The notes: generated by a model from the letters alone, not told the origin. Positions 17,595 to 27,134 are shown, counted from the first letter of the stretch. The stretch: 32,000 nucleotides of DNA from Rhodobacter capsulatus SB 1003 (GCF_000021865.1 NC_014034.1:2010001-2042000); one strand, 5' to 3'. Made by a program: numbers and translations.

Positions 17595-17783
17595 TCTGTC
17601 CCCGCCACAGAAAAGCAGCTTGCAACCTGTGGGAAAACCGGGGCCAAGTCCACCCCGCACAGGGTTTCGCCGGGGCTTTCCCCGCCTCTGCGGGCGCGAC
17701 AGATGCAAACCGGCCACAGCCCCCGGCTCTGGCAAGAAATTGCCGACAGGTCCGGTTTTCCCTACCCGCGGAAAAATGACAAT

Positions 17784-17813
17784 TTGAAACACGATTCGCT
17801 TCGTGCCATAAGA
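17784..17813 (+). promoter_or_regulatory. Sigma70-like promoter TTGAAA-N17-CATAAG upstream of the mepK-like gene
   Basis: TTGAAA at 17784-89 and CATAAG at 17807-12, within a locally AT-richer stretch. Confidence 0.3.
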
Positions 17814-17922
17814 TTGCCACGGAATCCGGGTAAGTCCGGATCAAGCCGCAAACTCAGACGGCACAGACCGAGGGACAGGCGAACCGATATGGGCACGATC
17901 ACGACTTCTCGTCGCGGGCTTC

Positions 17923-18450
17923 TTGCGGCCTTTTGCTGCCACGCTTGTGGTAGCAGCCCCGAAAGCCTCCAACGCCTTCAGCTTCCTGCGCGGCGCTGGC
18001 GATATCCGTCGGATCCACATGTATTCCGGCCGCACCGGCGAAAGCCTCGACACGATCTACTGGATCGAGGGCGAATATATCCCCGAGGCGCTGAAGGAAA
18101 TCACCCGCTTCATGCGCGACTGGCGCACCAATGACGTGAAGACGATCGATCCGCGCACCGTCGATATTGCCGCCGCCTCGCATCGTCTGCTCGACACCTC
18201 CGAACCCTATATGCTGCTGTCGGGCTACCGGTCGCCCGCGACCAATGCGATGCTGCGCTCGCGTTCGGGCGGGGTGGCGCGCAATTCGCTGCACATGCGC
18301 GGGATGGCGGCGGATCTGCGGCTGAAATCGCGCTCGGTCGGGCAGATCTATTCCGCCGCGCTGTCGTGCCATGCGGGCGGCGTCGGCAAATATGCGCGCT
18401 CGGATTTCGTGCACATGGATTGCGGCAACATCCGCAGCTGGCAGGGCTGA
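17923..18450 (+). CDS. DUF882 / peptidase M15A, YcbK(MepK)-like murein endopeptidase (the N-terminus looks frame-disrupted)
   Basis: Zinc-ligand contexts HMRGMAADL and FVHMD. The track ORF starts at TTG 17923. A twin-arginine leader [15 protein letters not shown] is encoded from ATG 17889 in the adjacent frame (see findings). Confidence 0.85.
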   Translation: MRPFAATLVVAAPKASNAFSFLRGAGDIRRIHMYSGRTGESLDTIYWIEGEYIPEALKEITRFMRDWRTNDVKTIDPRTVDIAAASHRLLDTSEPYMLLSGYRSPATNAMLRSRSGGVARNSLHMRGMAADLRLKSRSVGQIYSAALSCHAGGVGKYARSDFVHMDCGNIRSWQG

Positions 18451-18486
18451 GCCCGCCTTTCCCCCTGAGGAAAACTTTCCGGAGAA

Positions 18487-18515
18487 AGCGTCGCCCTGCG
18501 GCGCTTTTCTGTTTT
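18487..18515 (+). terminator. Intrinsic terminator after the mepK-like gene
   Basis: 8-bp stem AGCGTCGC/GCGGCGCT (one G-U pair), loop CCT, then TTTCTGTTTT. Confidence 0.6.
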
Positions 18516-18608
18516 GCGCCAACCCGTTGAGCGGTTTTCACCGCAGGGGAAAACTCTGCGTAAAACTATATTCTGCGCATCTGTTTTGTGCGTGTTGTGG
18601 GAGAGTTT

Positions 18609-18685
18609 TGGCGCACCCGACAGGATTCGAACCTGTGACCCCTGCCTTCGGAGGGCAGTACTCTATCCAGCTGAGCTACGGGTGC
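18609..18685 (-). tRNA. tRNA-Arg (anticodon CCG)
   Basis: The reverse complement reads GCACCCGTAGCTCAGCTGGATAGAGTACTGCCCTCCGAAGGCAGGGGTCACAGGTTCGAATCCTGTCGGGTGCGCCA. Acceptor stem GCACCCG/CGGGTGC, anticodon loop CT-CCG-AA, T-loop GGTTCGAATCC, encoded CCA. Confidence 0.95.
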
Positions 18686-18696
18686 CGCGTGACGGG

Positions 18697-18725
18697 TTGA
18701 TACTCGAAAGCTTTTCCGGCTGCAA
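18697..18725 (-). promoter_or_regulatory. Promoter for tRNA-Arg: TTGCAG-N17-TATCAA
   Basis: On the minus strand, TTGCAG (18725-18720), 17-nt spacer, TATCAA (18702-18697). The -10 element ends 11 nt before the mature tRNA 5' end. Confidence 0.4.
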
Positions 18726-18758
18726 CCGCTTTGACCGGATTTTCTTGCCCGAGTTTGC

Positions 18759-19979
18759 TCAGGCCAGAAGCTCGTGGCAAAGCTCCAGCGCCGAGACCAG
18801 CGCATCGACCTCCTCGGTGGTGTTGTAAAGCCCGAACGAGGCCCGCGCCGTCGCCGTCAGCCCCAGATGCGCCATCAGCGGCATCGCGCAATGCGTCCCC
18901 GCCCGCACCGCCACGCCGCGCTTGTCGAGAATCGTCGAGATGTCATGCGCATGCGCCGGACCATCAAGGGTCATCGAAAAGATCGCCCCCTTGTCCCTGG
19001 CGTTGCCCTGAATATGCAGCCAGTTCAGGCCCTTGAACTTCGCTTCCGCATAGGCGCGCAAGGCGGCCTCATGCGCGGCGACATTCTGCATGCCCAGCCC
19101 CATCAGATAGTCGAGCGCCACCCCAAGGCCGACCTGCTGCACGATCCCGGGGGTGCCCGCCTCGAATTTCACCGGCGCGCTGTTGTAGGTGACGGCATCG
19201 CGACTGACCGTGGCGATCATGTCGCCGCCGCCGAGGAAGGGCCGCATCTCCTCCATCCGGTCGCGCCGGATGTAGATCGCGCCCGAGCCGCTCGGCCCGT
19301 AAAGCTTGTGCCCGGTGATGGCGTAGAAATCGCAGCCCAAATCGGCGACATCGACCGGCGCATGCACCGCGCCCTGCGAGCCGTCGACCAGCACCGGCAC
19401 GCCCCTTTCGCGCGCCCCCGCGCAGATCGTCTTCACGTCAACGGCGGTGCCCAGCACGTTCGACATCTGGGTGATCGCCACCAGCTTCGTGCGCGGCCCG
19501 ATCGCTTCCAGCACCTTTTCCGCGGGCAGGCTGCCGTCGGGCTCGATCTCGACCCATTTCAGCACCACCCCCTGCCGTTCGCGCAGGAAATGCCAGGGCA
19601 CGATATTGGCGTGATGCTCCATGATCGAGAGCACGATCTCGTCGCCCGGCTGCAGCCGCGGGGCGGCCCAGGCGTAAGACACCAGGTTGATCCCCTCGGT
19701 CGAGCCGGTGGTGAAGACGATCTCTTCCTCGGAAGGGGCGCCCAGAAACCGCGCGATGATGCCGCGCACGGCTTCGTAACGCTCGGTCGAGATATTCGAA
19801 AGGGTGTGCAAGCCCCTGTGCACGTTGGCATAATCCTGCGTGTACATCTGCGTCATCGCCTCGATCACGCAGGCGGGCTTTTGTGCCGAGGCGCCATTGT
19901 CCAGATAGACGAGCGGCCTGCCGTTCACCTGCCGCGACAGGATCGGAAAATCGGCGCGGATCCGTGCGACATCGTACAT
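18759..19979 (-). CDS. sufS: Cysteine desulfurase SufS (group II)
   Basis: Start at ATG 19979 (MYDVARIRADFPIL). PLP Lys in ITGHKLYGPSG, catalytic Cys in RAGTHCAMP. Confidence 0.95.
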   Translation of the reverse strand: MYDVARIRADFPILSRQVNGRPLVYLDNGASAQKPACVIEAMTQMYTQDYANVHRGLHTLSNISTERYEAVRGIIARFLGAPSEEEIVFTTGSTEGINLVSYAWAAPRLQPGDEIVLSIMEHHANIVPWHFLRERQGVVLKWVEIEPDGSLPAEKVLEAIGPRTKLVAITQMSNVLGTAVDVKTICAGARERGVPVLVDGSQGAVHAPVDVADLGCDFYAITGHKLYGPSGSGAIYIRRDRMEEMRPFLGGGDMIATVSRDAVTYNSAPVKFEAGTPGIVQQVGLGVALDYLMGLGMQNVAAHEAALRAYAEAKFKGLNWLHIQGNARDKGAIFSMTLDGPAHAHDISTILDKRGVAVRAGTHCAMPLMAHLGLTATARASFGLYNTTEEVDALVSALELCHELLA

Positions 19980-19987
19980 TCTGTTCC

Positions 19988-20578
19988 TCAGCTTTCCGTC
20001 AAAAGAGCGGGGCTGAGCCCCGTCGCAAGAAGGCCCGAGCCGATCAGCATCGCCGAGCCGAAGAAAACCACAAGCACCCCGGCCCCGGTCAGCATCAGGT
20101 TTTCGAACCCGTGCAGCGCCGCGGTGAACAAGGTGATCAGCCACAAAAGCACGCCGAAAAGCGCCAGCGTCATCAGCACGCCGATGATCGGAAACAGCAG
20201 CATCACCGCCGCCTGCACCAGCTGCGCGCCCAGCATGATCGCCTGAATCCAGACCATCAGCGCGAAGGCCTCGCCAAACCGGCCCTGCCCGCCGAACTGA
20301 CGTCCGAAAAAGGCCATGGCAAAGGCGGAATACAGCAGCAGGCCGCCCTGTATCGCCGCCATCAGAAAGGGCGAGGCCGCCGGTCCCAGATCGATGCCGG
20401 TGATCAGGGAAAACAGGATCTCGCTGAGCAGTCCCAGCGCCGCGCCCGCCGCGATCACCGCGCCGAAAGCCAGCCAGCGCGCCGAGGGACGGTCCAGCAG
20501 CCGCGTCACCCGAGCCGCCGCCGTCGCCGGATCGACAAAACTCAGGCGCACCAGCTGCAGATAAAGCGCAAGGGTCAT
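19988..20578 (-). CDS. Yip1-like polytopic membrane protein inside the suf operon
   Basis: Start at ATG 20578 (MTLALYLQLVRLSF), 196 aa with about 5 hydrophobic segments. Its ATG overlaps the upstream stop (ATGA). Its stop lies 8 nt before the sufS ATG, within GAGGAA. Confidence 0.8.
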   Translation of the reverse strand: MTLALYLQLVRLSFVDPATAAARVTRLLDRPSARWLAFGAVIAAGAALGLLSEILFSLITGIDLGPAASPFLMAAIQGGLLLYSAFAMAFFGRQFGGQGRFGEAFALMVWIQAIMLGAQLVQAAVMLLFPIIGVLMTLALFGVLLWLITLFTAALHGFENLMLTGAGVLVVFFGSAMLIGSGLLATGLSPALLTES

Positions 20579-21063
20579 GTGCGGCCCTCGAACTGGGTCA
20601 CCCGCAGACCGGCGCCCCAGATCACCGCGAAGACCGCAAAGACGACCGCCGCGACCGCATTCGCCTGCGGCCCCGGCCCGATCATGCCCTGGGTCAGCCC
20701 CTGCAGCAGCATCAGCGGCGAGACCGCGAAAAGCGCCCAAAAAAGCGCCAGCCTGCCGCCGTAACCATCGCCCCGGCCGCGGAAAAGCCGGGTGATCTGG
20801 GTGACCAGAAAGGCCAGCGCGTAAAAGAACGGCGTCGTCGCCGCCAAGGCCAGCGCCGTGCCCAGAAACAGGCCCGGCATCGGCACATCCGGCGTCTGGA
20901 AATGCTGCCGCGCCAGCGCGGGCCATTGCGCCACGAACATCAGCAGCAGCGCCGAGAACAGAAAGCTGAACAGCCGCGGTTCCGACCGCATCCGCGCCAG
21001 ATGGTCCCGGATCACGACGCGCGGGCGCCGGTAGCTGCGCAGGATGTCTTCGACCGCGGCCAT
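20575..21063 (-). CDS. Polytopic membrane protein (Yip1-like) inside the suf operon
   Basis: 162 aa with about 4 hydrophobic segments. SD GGAGAGAG lies between the sufD stop and ATG 21063. Confidence 0.75.
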   Translation of the reverse strand: MAAVEDILRSYRRPRVVIRDHLARMRSEPRLFSFLFSALLLMFVAQWPALARQHFQTPDVPMPGLFLGTALALAATTPFFYALAFLVTQITRLFRGRGDGYGGRLALFWALFAVSPLMLLQGLTQGMIGPGPQANAVAAVVFAVFAVIWGAGLRVTQFEGRT

Positions 21064-21073
21064 GTCTCTCTCC

Positions 21074-22345
21074 TCAGTCCCTGTGCCGCGACAGCCAGGT
21101 TTCCAGCCGCGCGACGATCTCTTCCTTCAGCCCCGCATCCTCGATCTCGTCGATGGCATCGGCAAGGAAGGACAGGACCAGCAAGCCCTTGGCCTCTTCC
21201 TCGGGAACGCCGCGCGAGCGCAGGTAGAAAAGCGCCGTCTCGTCGATCGCCCCGGTGGTCGAGCCATGCGAGCATTTCACGTCATCGGCATAGATCTCGA
21301 GCTCGGGCTTGGCAAGGAACTGACTGTCGTCATCGAGCAGAAGCGACTGGCTGATCTGATAGCCGTCGGTCTTCTGCGCGCCGGGTTTGACCAGGATCTT
21401 GCCCTGAAACGTGCCGATGGCGCCGTGTTTGAGCACTTTCTTGAACACCTGACGGCTTTCGCAGCGCAGCCCCGCATGGGTGACGAAGACGGTGTCGTCA
21501 TGCAGGAAGGCCCCGGTCGCCCCGTCGCCAAGCGCGGCCCCCGCAACATGGGCCACCGCGTCATTGCCGATAATCTCGATTACCGCTTCGTTACGGGTCA
21601 GCGCGCCGTTCACAGTGACGGTAAAGCTTTTGAACAGCGCCTTTTCGGCGACCCGGGCAAAGATGTGGGTGATGGCGCGGCGCTCGCTGTCGGGGCCCTG
21701 CGCGCGGATGTGATGAAAGCGCGCCCCCGCACCGACATCGACCTCCATCACCTTGTTGAACCGCGCCCCGGCCGGGCCGGTCTCCAGAAGCGTCAGCTCC
21801 GCCCCCGGATCCAGCTGCACCAGATGATGCAGGATCGGATCGGAAGCCTCTGATTTATGCACATAAATCAGATTGATCGGCTTTGCGGCCGCGGCCGTCA
21901 CCCGGATCAGGACGCCATCCGTCGCCCGCGACGTATTGAGCGCCGCGAAAGGCCGTTTCACCGGATCCTGCCCCGCGGCTTCCAGCGCGCCGTAAAGCGG
22001 TTCCGCCCAGCCCGGGATCTTGTCGGCAAGACGCGCGATTTCGACCCCGGACAGCGTCAGATCATCCGAGGCCGCCGCATCGAAAACGCCATCGACGAAG
22101 ACGATCTTCACTCGATCAAGCGCATCGAAGAGCGGGGCTTCCTCCTCCTCGGCCGCTTGCGCGGCTGCCGGAGTGACCGCATTCAGCGCCGCCGGGTCGG
22201 TCCAGCGCCAGTATTCGTCGCGCCGACCGGGCAGGCCCATCGCCTCAAGACGCGCCAGCGCCGCCGCCCGCGGCCCGGCCAGACCCGGCCCGGCAGCCAG
22301 GCCCGAAACCCGCGCCGCAACGATTTCCTCTTTCGTCGCCATCAC
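21074..22345 (-). CDS. sufD: Fe-S cluster assembly protein SufD
   Basis: 423 aa with a SufB/SufD-family beta-helix C-terminus. The GTG at 22345 or the ATG at 22342 overlaps the sufC stop. Confidence 0.93.
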   Translation of the reverse strand: MMATKEEIVAARVSGLAAGPGLAGPRAAALARLEAMGLPGRRDEYWRWTDPAALNAVTPAAAQAAEEEEAPLFDALDRVKIVFVDGVFDAAASDDLTLSGVEIARLADKIPGWAEPLYGALEAAGQDPVKRPFAALNTSRATDGVLIRVTAAAAKPINLIYVHKSEASDPILHHLVQLDPGAELTLLETGPAGARFNKVMEVDVGAGARFHHIRAQGPDSERRAITHIFARVAEKALFKSFTVTVNGALTRNEAVIEIIGNDAVAHVAGAALGDGATGAFLHDDTVFVTHAGLRCESRQVFKKVLKHGAIGTFQGKILVKPGAQKTDGYQISQSLLLDDDSQFLAKPELEIYADDVKCSHGSTTGAIDETALFYLRSRGVPEEEAKGLLVLSFLADAIDEIEDAGLKEEIVARLETWLSRHRD

Positions 22346-23109
22346 TTCGCCTCCGTCAGCCCATGCGCCGCGAGGATCTCGGCATAGCCGTTCTTCTCGA
22401 CTTCCAGCGCCAGATCGGGGCCGCCGGTCTGCAGGATGCGGCCATCGGCCATGATATGCACGACATCGGGCTGAATGTGATCCAGAAGCCGCTGATAGTG
22501 TGTGATCACAAGGAAGCTGCGCCCTTCCGACCGCAGCGCATTGACCCCCTCCGACACCAGCCGCATCGCATCGACATCAAGACCCGAGTCGGTCTCGTCC
22601 AGAATGCACATCTTCGGTTCCAGCATCGCCATCTGCAGGATCTCGTTGCGCTTTTTCTCCCCGCCCGAGAAACCGACATTGACCGGCCGCTTCAGCATCT
22701 CGGCGTCGATCTTCAGCGATTTCGCCTTGTCGCGCACGAGCTTCAGGAATTCGCCGGCCGAAAGTTCGTCAATCGCCCGCGCTTGCGTGCGATTGAGCGC
22801 GGTGCGCAGGAAGGTCATGTTGCCGACGCCGGGGATCTCGACCGGATATTGGAAAGCGAGGAACAGACCGGCCGCCGCCCGCGCCTCGGGCTCCATGTCC
22901 AGCAGCTCCTGCCCCTGCAGCTTCGCCGAGCCCGCAGTGACGGTATAGCCCGGACGGCCCGCCAGCACATAGCTCATCGTCGACTTGCCGGAGCCGTTCG
23001 GCCCCATGATCGCATGCACTTTGCCCGTCTCGACCGTCAGGTTCATCCCCTTCAGAATGACCTTTTCGCCTTCTTCAAGTTTGACGTGCAGATTGTTGAT
23101 TTCAAGCAT
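22342..23109 (-). CDS. sufC: Fe-S cluster assembly ATPase SufC
   Basis: 255 aa. Walker A GPNGSGKST, ABC signature FSGGEKKR, Walker B ILDETDSGLD. Confidence 0.97.
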   Translation of the reverse strand: MLEINNLHVKLEEGEKVILKGMNLTVETGKVHAIMGPNGSGKSTMSYVLAGRPGYTVTAGSAKLQGQELLDMEPEARAAAGLFLAFQYPVEIPGVGNMTFLRTALNRTQARAIDELSAGEFLKLVRDKAKSLKIDAEMLKRPVNVGFSGGEKKRNEILQMAMLEPKMCILDETDSGLDVDAMRLVSEGVNALRSEGRSFLVITHYQRLLDHIQPDVVHIMADGRILQTGGPDLALEVEKNGYAEILAAHGLTEAK

Positions 23110-23139
23110 TTTTTCGTCCTTGCGGTCAGCGGCGCCAGG

Positions 23140-23733
23140 TCAGTTCGGGCGCAGATAGGTGGAAAGGATGAGGCCAAGTTTCTCGGCCGGGATGGCGGTG
23201 GGGGTCAGATGGAATTCGGCCATGCGCCCGATCGTGCGGGTGGGCGGGCAGAAGCTTTCCATCAGGTGATAGCCGGGACGCAGCGTATAATCATCCCAAA
23301 GCACGGTTACCGGACGCGTGATCCGGAACAGCGTGGTCAGGAAACAGGCGGCACGGAAACGCCCGTCGATCAGCACAAGATCGGGGTGCAGGAAATCGGG
23401 CCGGTCCCAGACCCCGATCGGATAAGAGGGCCATTGCCGGAAGGCTTCCGTATCCTTCGGCGCCCCCCAGTCCTTGGTCGGCCCGACATCGCCGTGATGC
23501 AGCACCAGCCGCGCTTTCGGCGGGTTGGCATCGAACCAGCTGCGCATCATCGCCAGCCAGTCGGCATCGCTTTCGACCGAGAACACCACCTTGCCGGGCA
23601 TCTCGGCCGCCAGCGCCGTCGACCCGCCCGAGCCATATTCCAGGATCACCCCGGCCGCGGCACAGGCCGCCCCCAAAGCCTCGGCCTCGGCCTCGGGCAG
23701 GGTCAGTTTCGGCCGTTCGATCCGGGGGCGCAT
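23140..23733 (-). CDS. Class I SAM-methyltransferase-like protein embedded between sufB and sufC
   Basis: Start at ATG 23733, with GAGGTGG 6 nt upstream just after the sufB stop. Motif I-like VILEYGSGGST, followed by an acidic VESD. 197 aa. Confidence 0.7.
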   Translation of the reverse strand: MRPRIERPKLTLPEAEAEALGAACAAAGVILEYGSGGSTALAAEMPGKVVFSVESDADWLAMMRSWFDANPPKARLVLHHGDVGPTKDWGAPKDTEAFRQWPSYPIGVWDRPDFLHPDLVLIDGRFRAACFLTTLFRITRPVTVLWDDYTLRPGYHLMESFCPPTRTIGRMAEFHLTPTAIPAEKLGLILSTYLRPN

Positions 23734-23743
23734 CGCCGCCACC

Positions 23744-25258
<1,515 letters not shown>

Positions 25259-25277
25259 CGTCTTTTCCCCTTCCGCG

Positions 25278-26345
25278 TCAGCGCCTTGCGCGGTGCTTTT
25301 CATATGCGGCCCGCCATGTGTCGGCAAAGCGCAAGATCTCGTCCCGTCCGATCCCCGGCCCCAGCGACACCCGGATCGCGGATCCCGCCTGCTCGTCGGA
25401 CCAGCCCATCGCACGCAACACCTTGCTTGCGCGGACCTTGCCCGAGGAACAGGCCGAACCCGCCGATACCGCATGGCCCGCAAGGTCCATGCGCATCACC
25501 TGAGTCTCGCCTTTCCAGCCCGGAGCGATCACCGAAAGCGTGTTGGGCAGGACCTGTGGCCGCCCAGCCGTTTCCCCTTCCGGCGTCTCCCATCCCGGAA
25601 AATAGACTTCTTTCGTCGGGAATTCCAGTGCCTCTTTTAGAATATCTCTAACTTCCGCAACTTCCGCCCACACGCCCCGTGCCAAGTCGGCCGCCGCCGC
25701 CTCGGCCGCCGCGCCGAAACCGGCAATGCCGATGAGGTTTTCCGTGCCCGCGCGTCGCCCCATCTCCTGCCCGCCGCCTTTCAGCACCGACGCAATCTCC
25801 GTGCCACGGCGCAGCACCAGCGCCCCGATCCCCTTCGGTCCGCCCAGTTTATGGGCGGAAATGAAACCGCAAGTGACCTCCAACCAGTTGAAAGCCATGG
25901 GCAGCTTGCCGAAAGCCTGGGTCAGGTCGGCCGCCCAGAGGCCCGCAGGCATATCCTGAATCACCCCGGTTTCGGAATTGGCCAGCTGCAACGTCGCGCG
26001 GCCCGGATCAGCCACAGCCACCCGCCCGAAGCCATCGACCGGCAGCGTATCGGCACACCAGGCCGCCACCGCATCATGCTCGATGGCCGCACAGGCGCAG
26101 CCCCGACCGGCCAGCGCCAGCCCCGCCGCCTCGGTCGCGCCCGAGGTGAAGACGATATCCGCCCCCTCCGCCCCCAAAGCCGCCGCCACCTGCGCGCGGG
26201 CTTTTTCCATCAAGGGCTTGGGCGCGCGGCCCTCGGCATGGACCGAAGACGGATTGCCCACGACCTCCATCGCCGCAATCATCGCCGCCCTCGCCTCCGG
26301 GCGCAGCGGCGTCGTCGCGTTCCAGTCGAGATAAGCCCGCGTCAT
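25278..26345 (-). CDS. Cysteine desulfurase, group I (NifS/IscS-like)
   Basis: Start at ATG 26345 ([14 protein letters not shown]). PLP Lys in [10 protein letters not shown]. Catalytic loop SAGSACSSG. Confidence 0.9.
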   Translation of the reverse strand: MTRAYLDWNATTPLRPEARAAMIAAMEVVGNPSSVHAEGRAPKPLMEKARAQVAAALGAEGADIVFTSGATEAAGLALAGRGCACAAIEHDAVAAWCADTLPVDGFGRVAVADPGRATLQLANSETGVIQDMPAGLWAADLTQAFGKLPMAFNWLEVTCGFISAHKLGGPKGIGALVLRRGTEIASVLKGGGQEMGRRAGTENLIGIAGFGAAAEAAAADLARGVWAEVAEVRDILKEALEFPTKEVYFPGWETPEGETAGRPQVLPNTLSVIAPGWKGETQVMRMDLAGHAVSAGSACSSGKVRASKVLRAMGWSDEQAGSAIRVSLGPGIGRDEILRFADTWRAAYEKHRARR

Positions 26346-26382
26346 CCAATCCCCGTCCTTGCGCCCGTCCTCCGAAGACAGA

Positions 26383-26436
26383 GGCGTATTTCGACCAAGA
26401 AGAAGCCCGTGCGTTTCTTCTTGGCTCAAATACGCC
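26383..26436 (-). promoter_or_regulatory. Long intercistronic stem-loop between iscR and the desulfurase gene
   Basis: GGCGTATTT/AAATACGCC (9 bp), a 3x3 internal loop, CCAAGAAGAA/TTCTTCTTGG (10 bp), and a 10-nt loop. No U-tract follows it on the coding strand. Confidence 0.6.
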
Positions 26437-26465
26437 CCTTTCCACGCCCGCCTCAGGGGCGACGG

Positions 26466-26924
26466 TCAGTCATCCACCACTGAAAACAGGCTTGGCACCG
26501 CAGGGCAAGGCTTCAGACCATTCTTCACCACGTCTTCCAGCGTCGTCTGATGCAAAAACACGAAGACCTGCGCCGAAAGGCTCTCCCAAAGCCGGTTCGC
26601 CAGCGATTGCGCCCGCGAGCCCGAAATCCCGCCCGAGGCCCCCGCCCCCACATGCAGCGCCGAGACCGTCTCGTCCACCGCCTCGAACACTTCGGAGATG
26701 CGGATTTCGGCCGGGGTCTTGGCCAGCTTGTAGCCGCCGCCCGGGCCGCGCACCGAAGCGACAAGCCCTGCCCGGCGCAGCCGCACGAACAGCTGCTCGA
26801 GATAGGGGAGCGAAATATCCTGCCGCTTCGAGATTTCCGCCAGCGAGGTCATCTGCCCCGGCCCGACGGTGGCCAGATCGACCAGCGCCACCATCGCATA
26901 GCGCCCCTTCGTCGAAAGTTTCAT
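26466..26924 (-). CDS. iscR: Rrf2-family regulator, IscR-like, with a single Cys
   Basis: Start at ATG 26924 (MKLSTKGRYAMVALVDLA), 152 aa. Rrf2 winged HTH (SLAEISKRQDISLPYLEQLF). First gene of the isc-suf operon. The track ORF 26466-27899 is an artefactual upstream extension. Confidence 0.88.
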   Translation of the reverse strand: MKLSTKGRYAMVALVDLATVGPGQMTSLAEISKRQDISLPYLEQLFVRLRRAGLVASVRGPGGGYKLAKTPAEIRISEVFEAVDETVSALHVGAGASGGISGSRAQSLANRLWESLSAQVFVFLHQTTLEDVVKNGLKPCPAVPSLFSVVDD

Positions 26925-27134
26925 GGTTTCCCCCCGCCAAAGCCAAGCGGTGCCTCGGAAACCCCGCCGAAACTGCGGGGAAGCATTGACGACGCGCCTT
27001 GGGCCGCTTAACTCGATTGCATCCGAAATCCCGGCATCGTGCCGGGACGTTTTCGTCCTAGGGTCTCGCGGCAAAAGCGTCAAGATTGCGCACCGCCGCA
27101 GATCCTCCGAGAACGTTGCAGCAGGCGAGAGAAC

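Noticed and set aside
17730-17743. Sigma54-like TGGCAA-GAAA-TTGC element upstream of the mepK-like gene
   Set aside because: The spacing between the GG and GC dinucleotides is one base shorter than the strict -24/-12 geometry (TGGCAC-N5-TTGC). The element is also just a 5-bp inverted repeat (GGCAA/TTGCC).
13545-18134. 4.6-kb, 1529-aa open reading frame on the plus strand
   Set aside because: It runs antisense to four well-supported minus-strand genes (KAS, ACP, LpxD paralog, LdtD-like) and across their intergenic gaps. Its translation is low-complexity Arg/Ala/Gly/Pro-rich with no recognisable motif. This is a typical stop-poor shadow frame of high-GC coding DNA. Only its last ~80 codons matter, because they contain the out-of-frame Tat leader discussed in the findings.
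18547-18608. Inverted repeat AAAACTCT ... AGAGTTTT downstream of the tRNA
   Set aside because: It is only 8 AT-rich base pairs separated by about 40 nt, too weak to call a structure or an att-like repeat.
18451-18760. tRNA-Arg as an integration site for a genomic island
   Set aside because: I found no repeat of the tRNA 3' end elsewhere in the window, and no integrase. The flanking genes (suf operon, mepK-like) are core functions with uniform composition.
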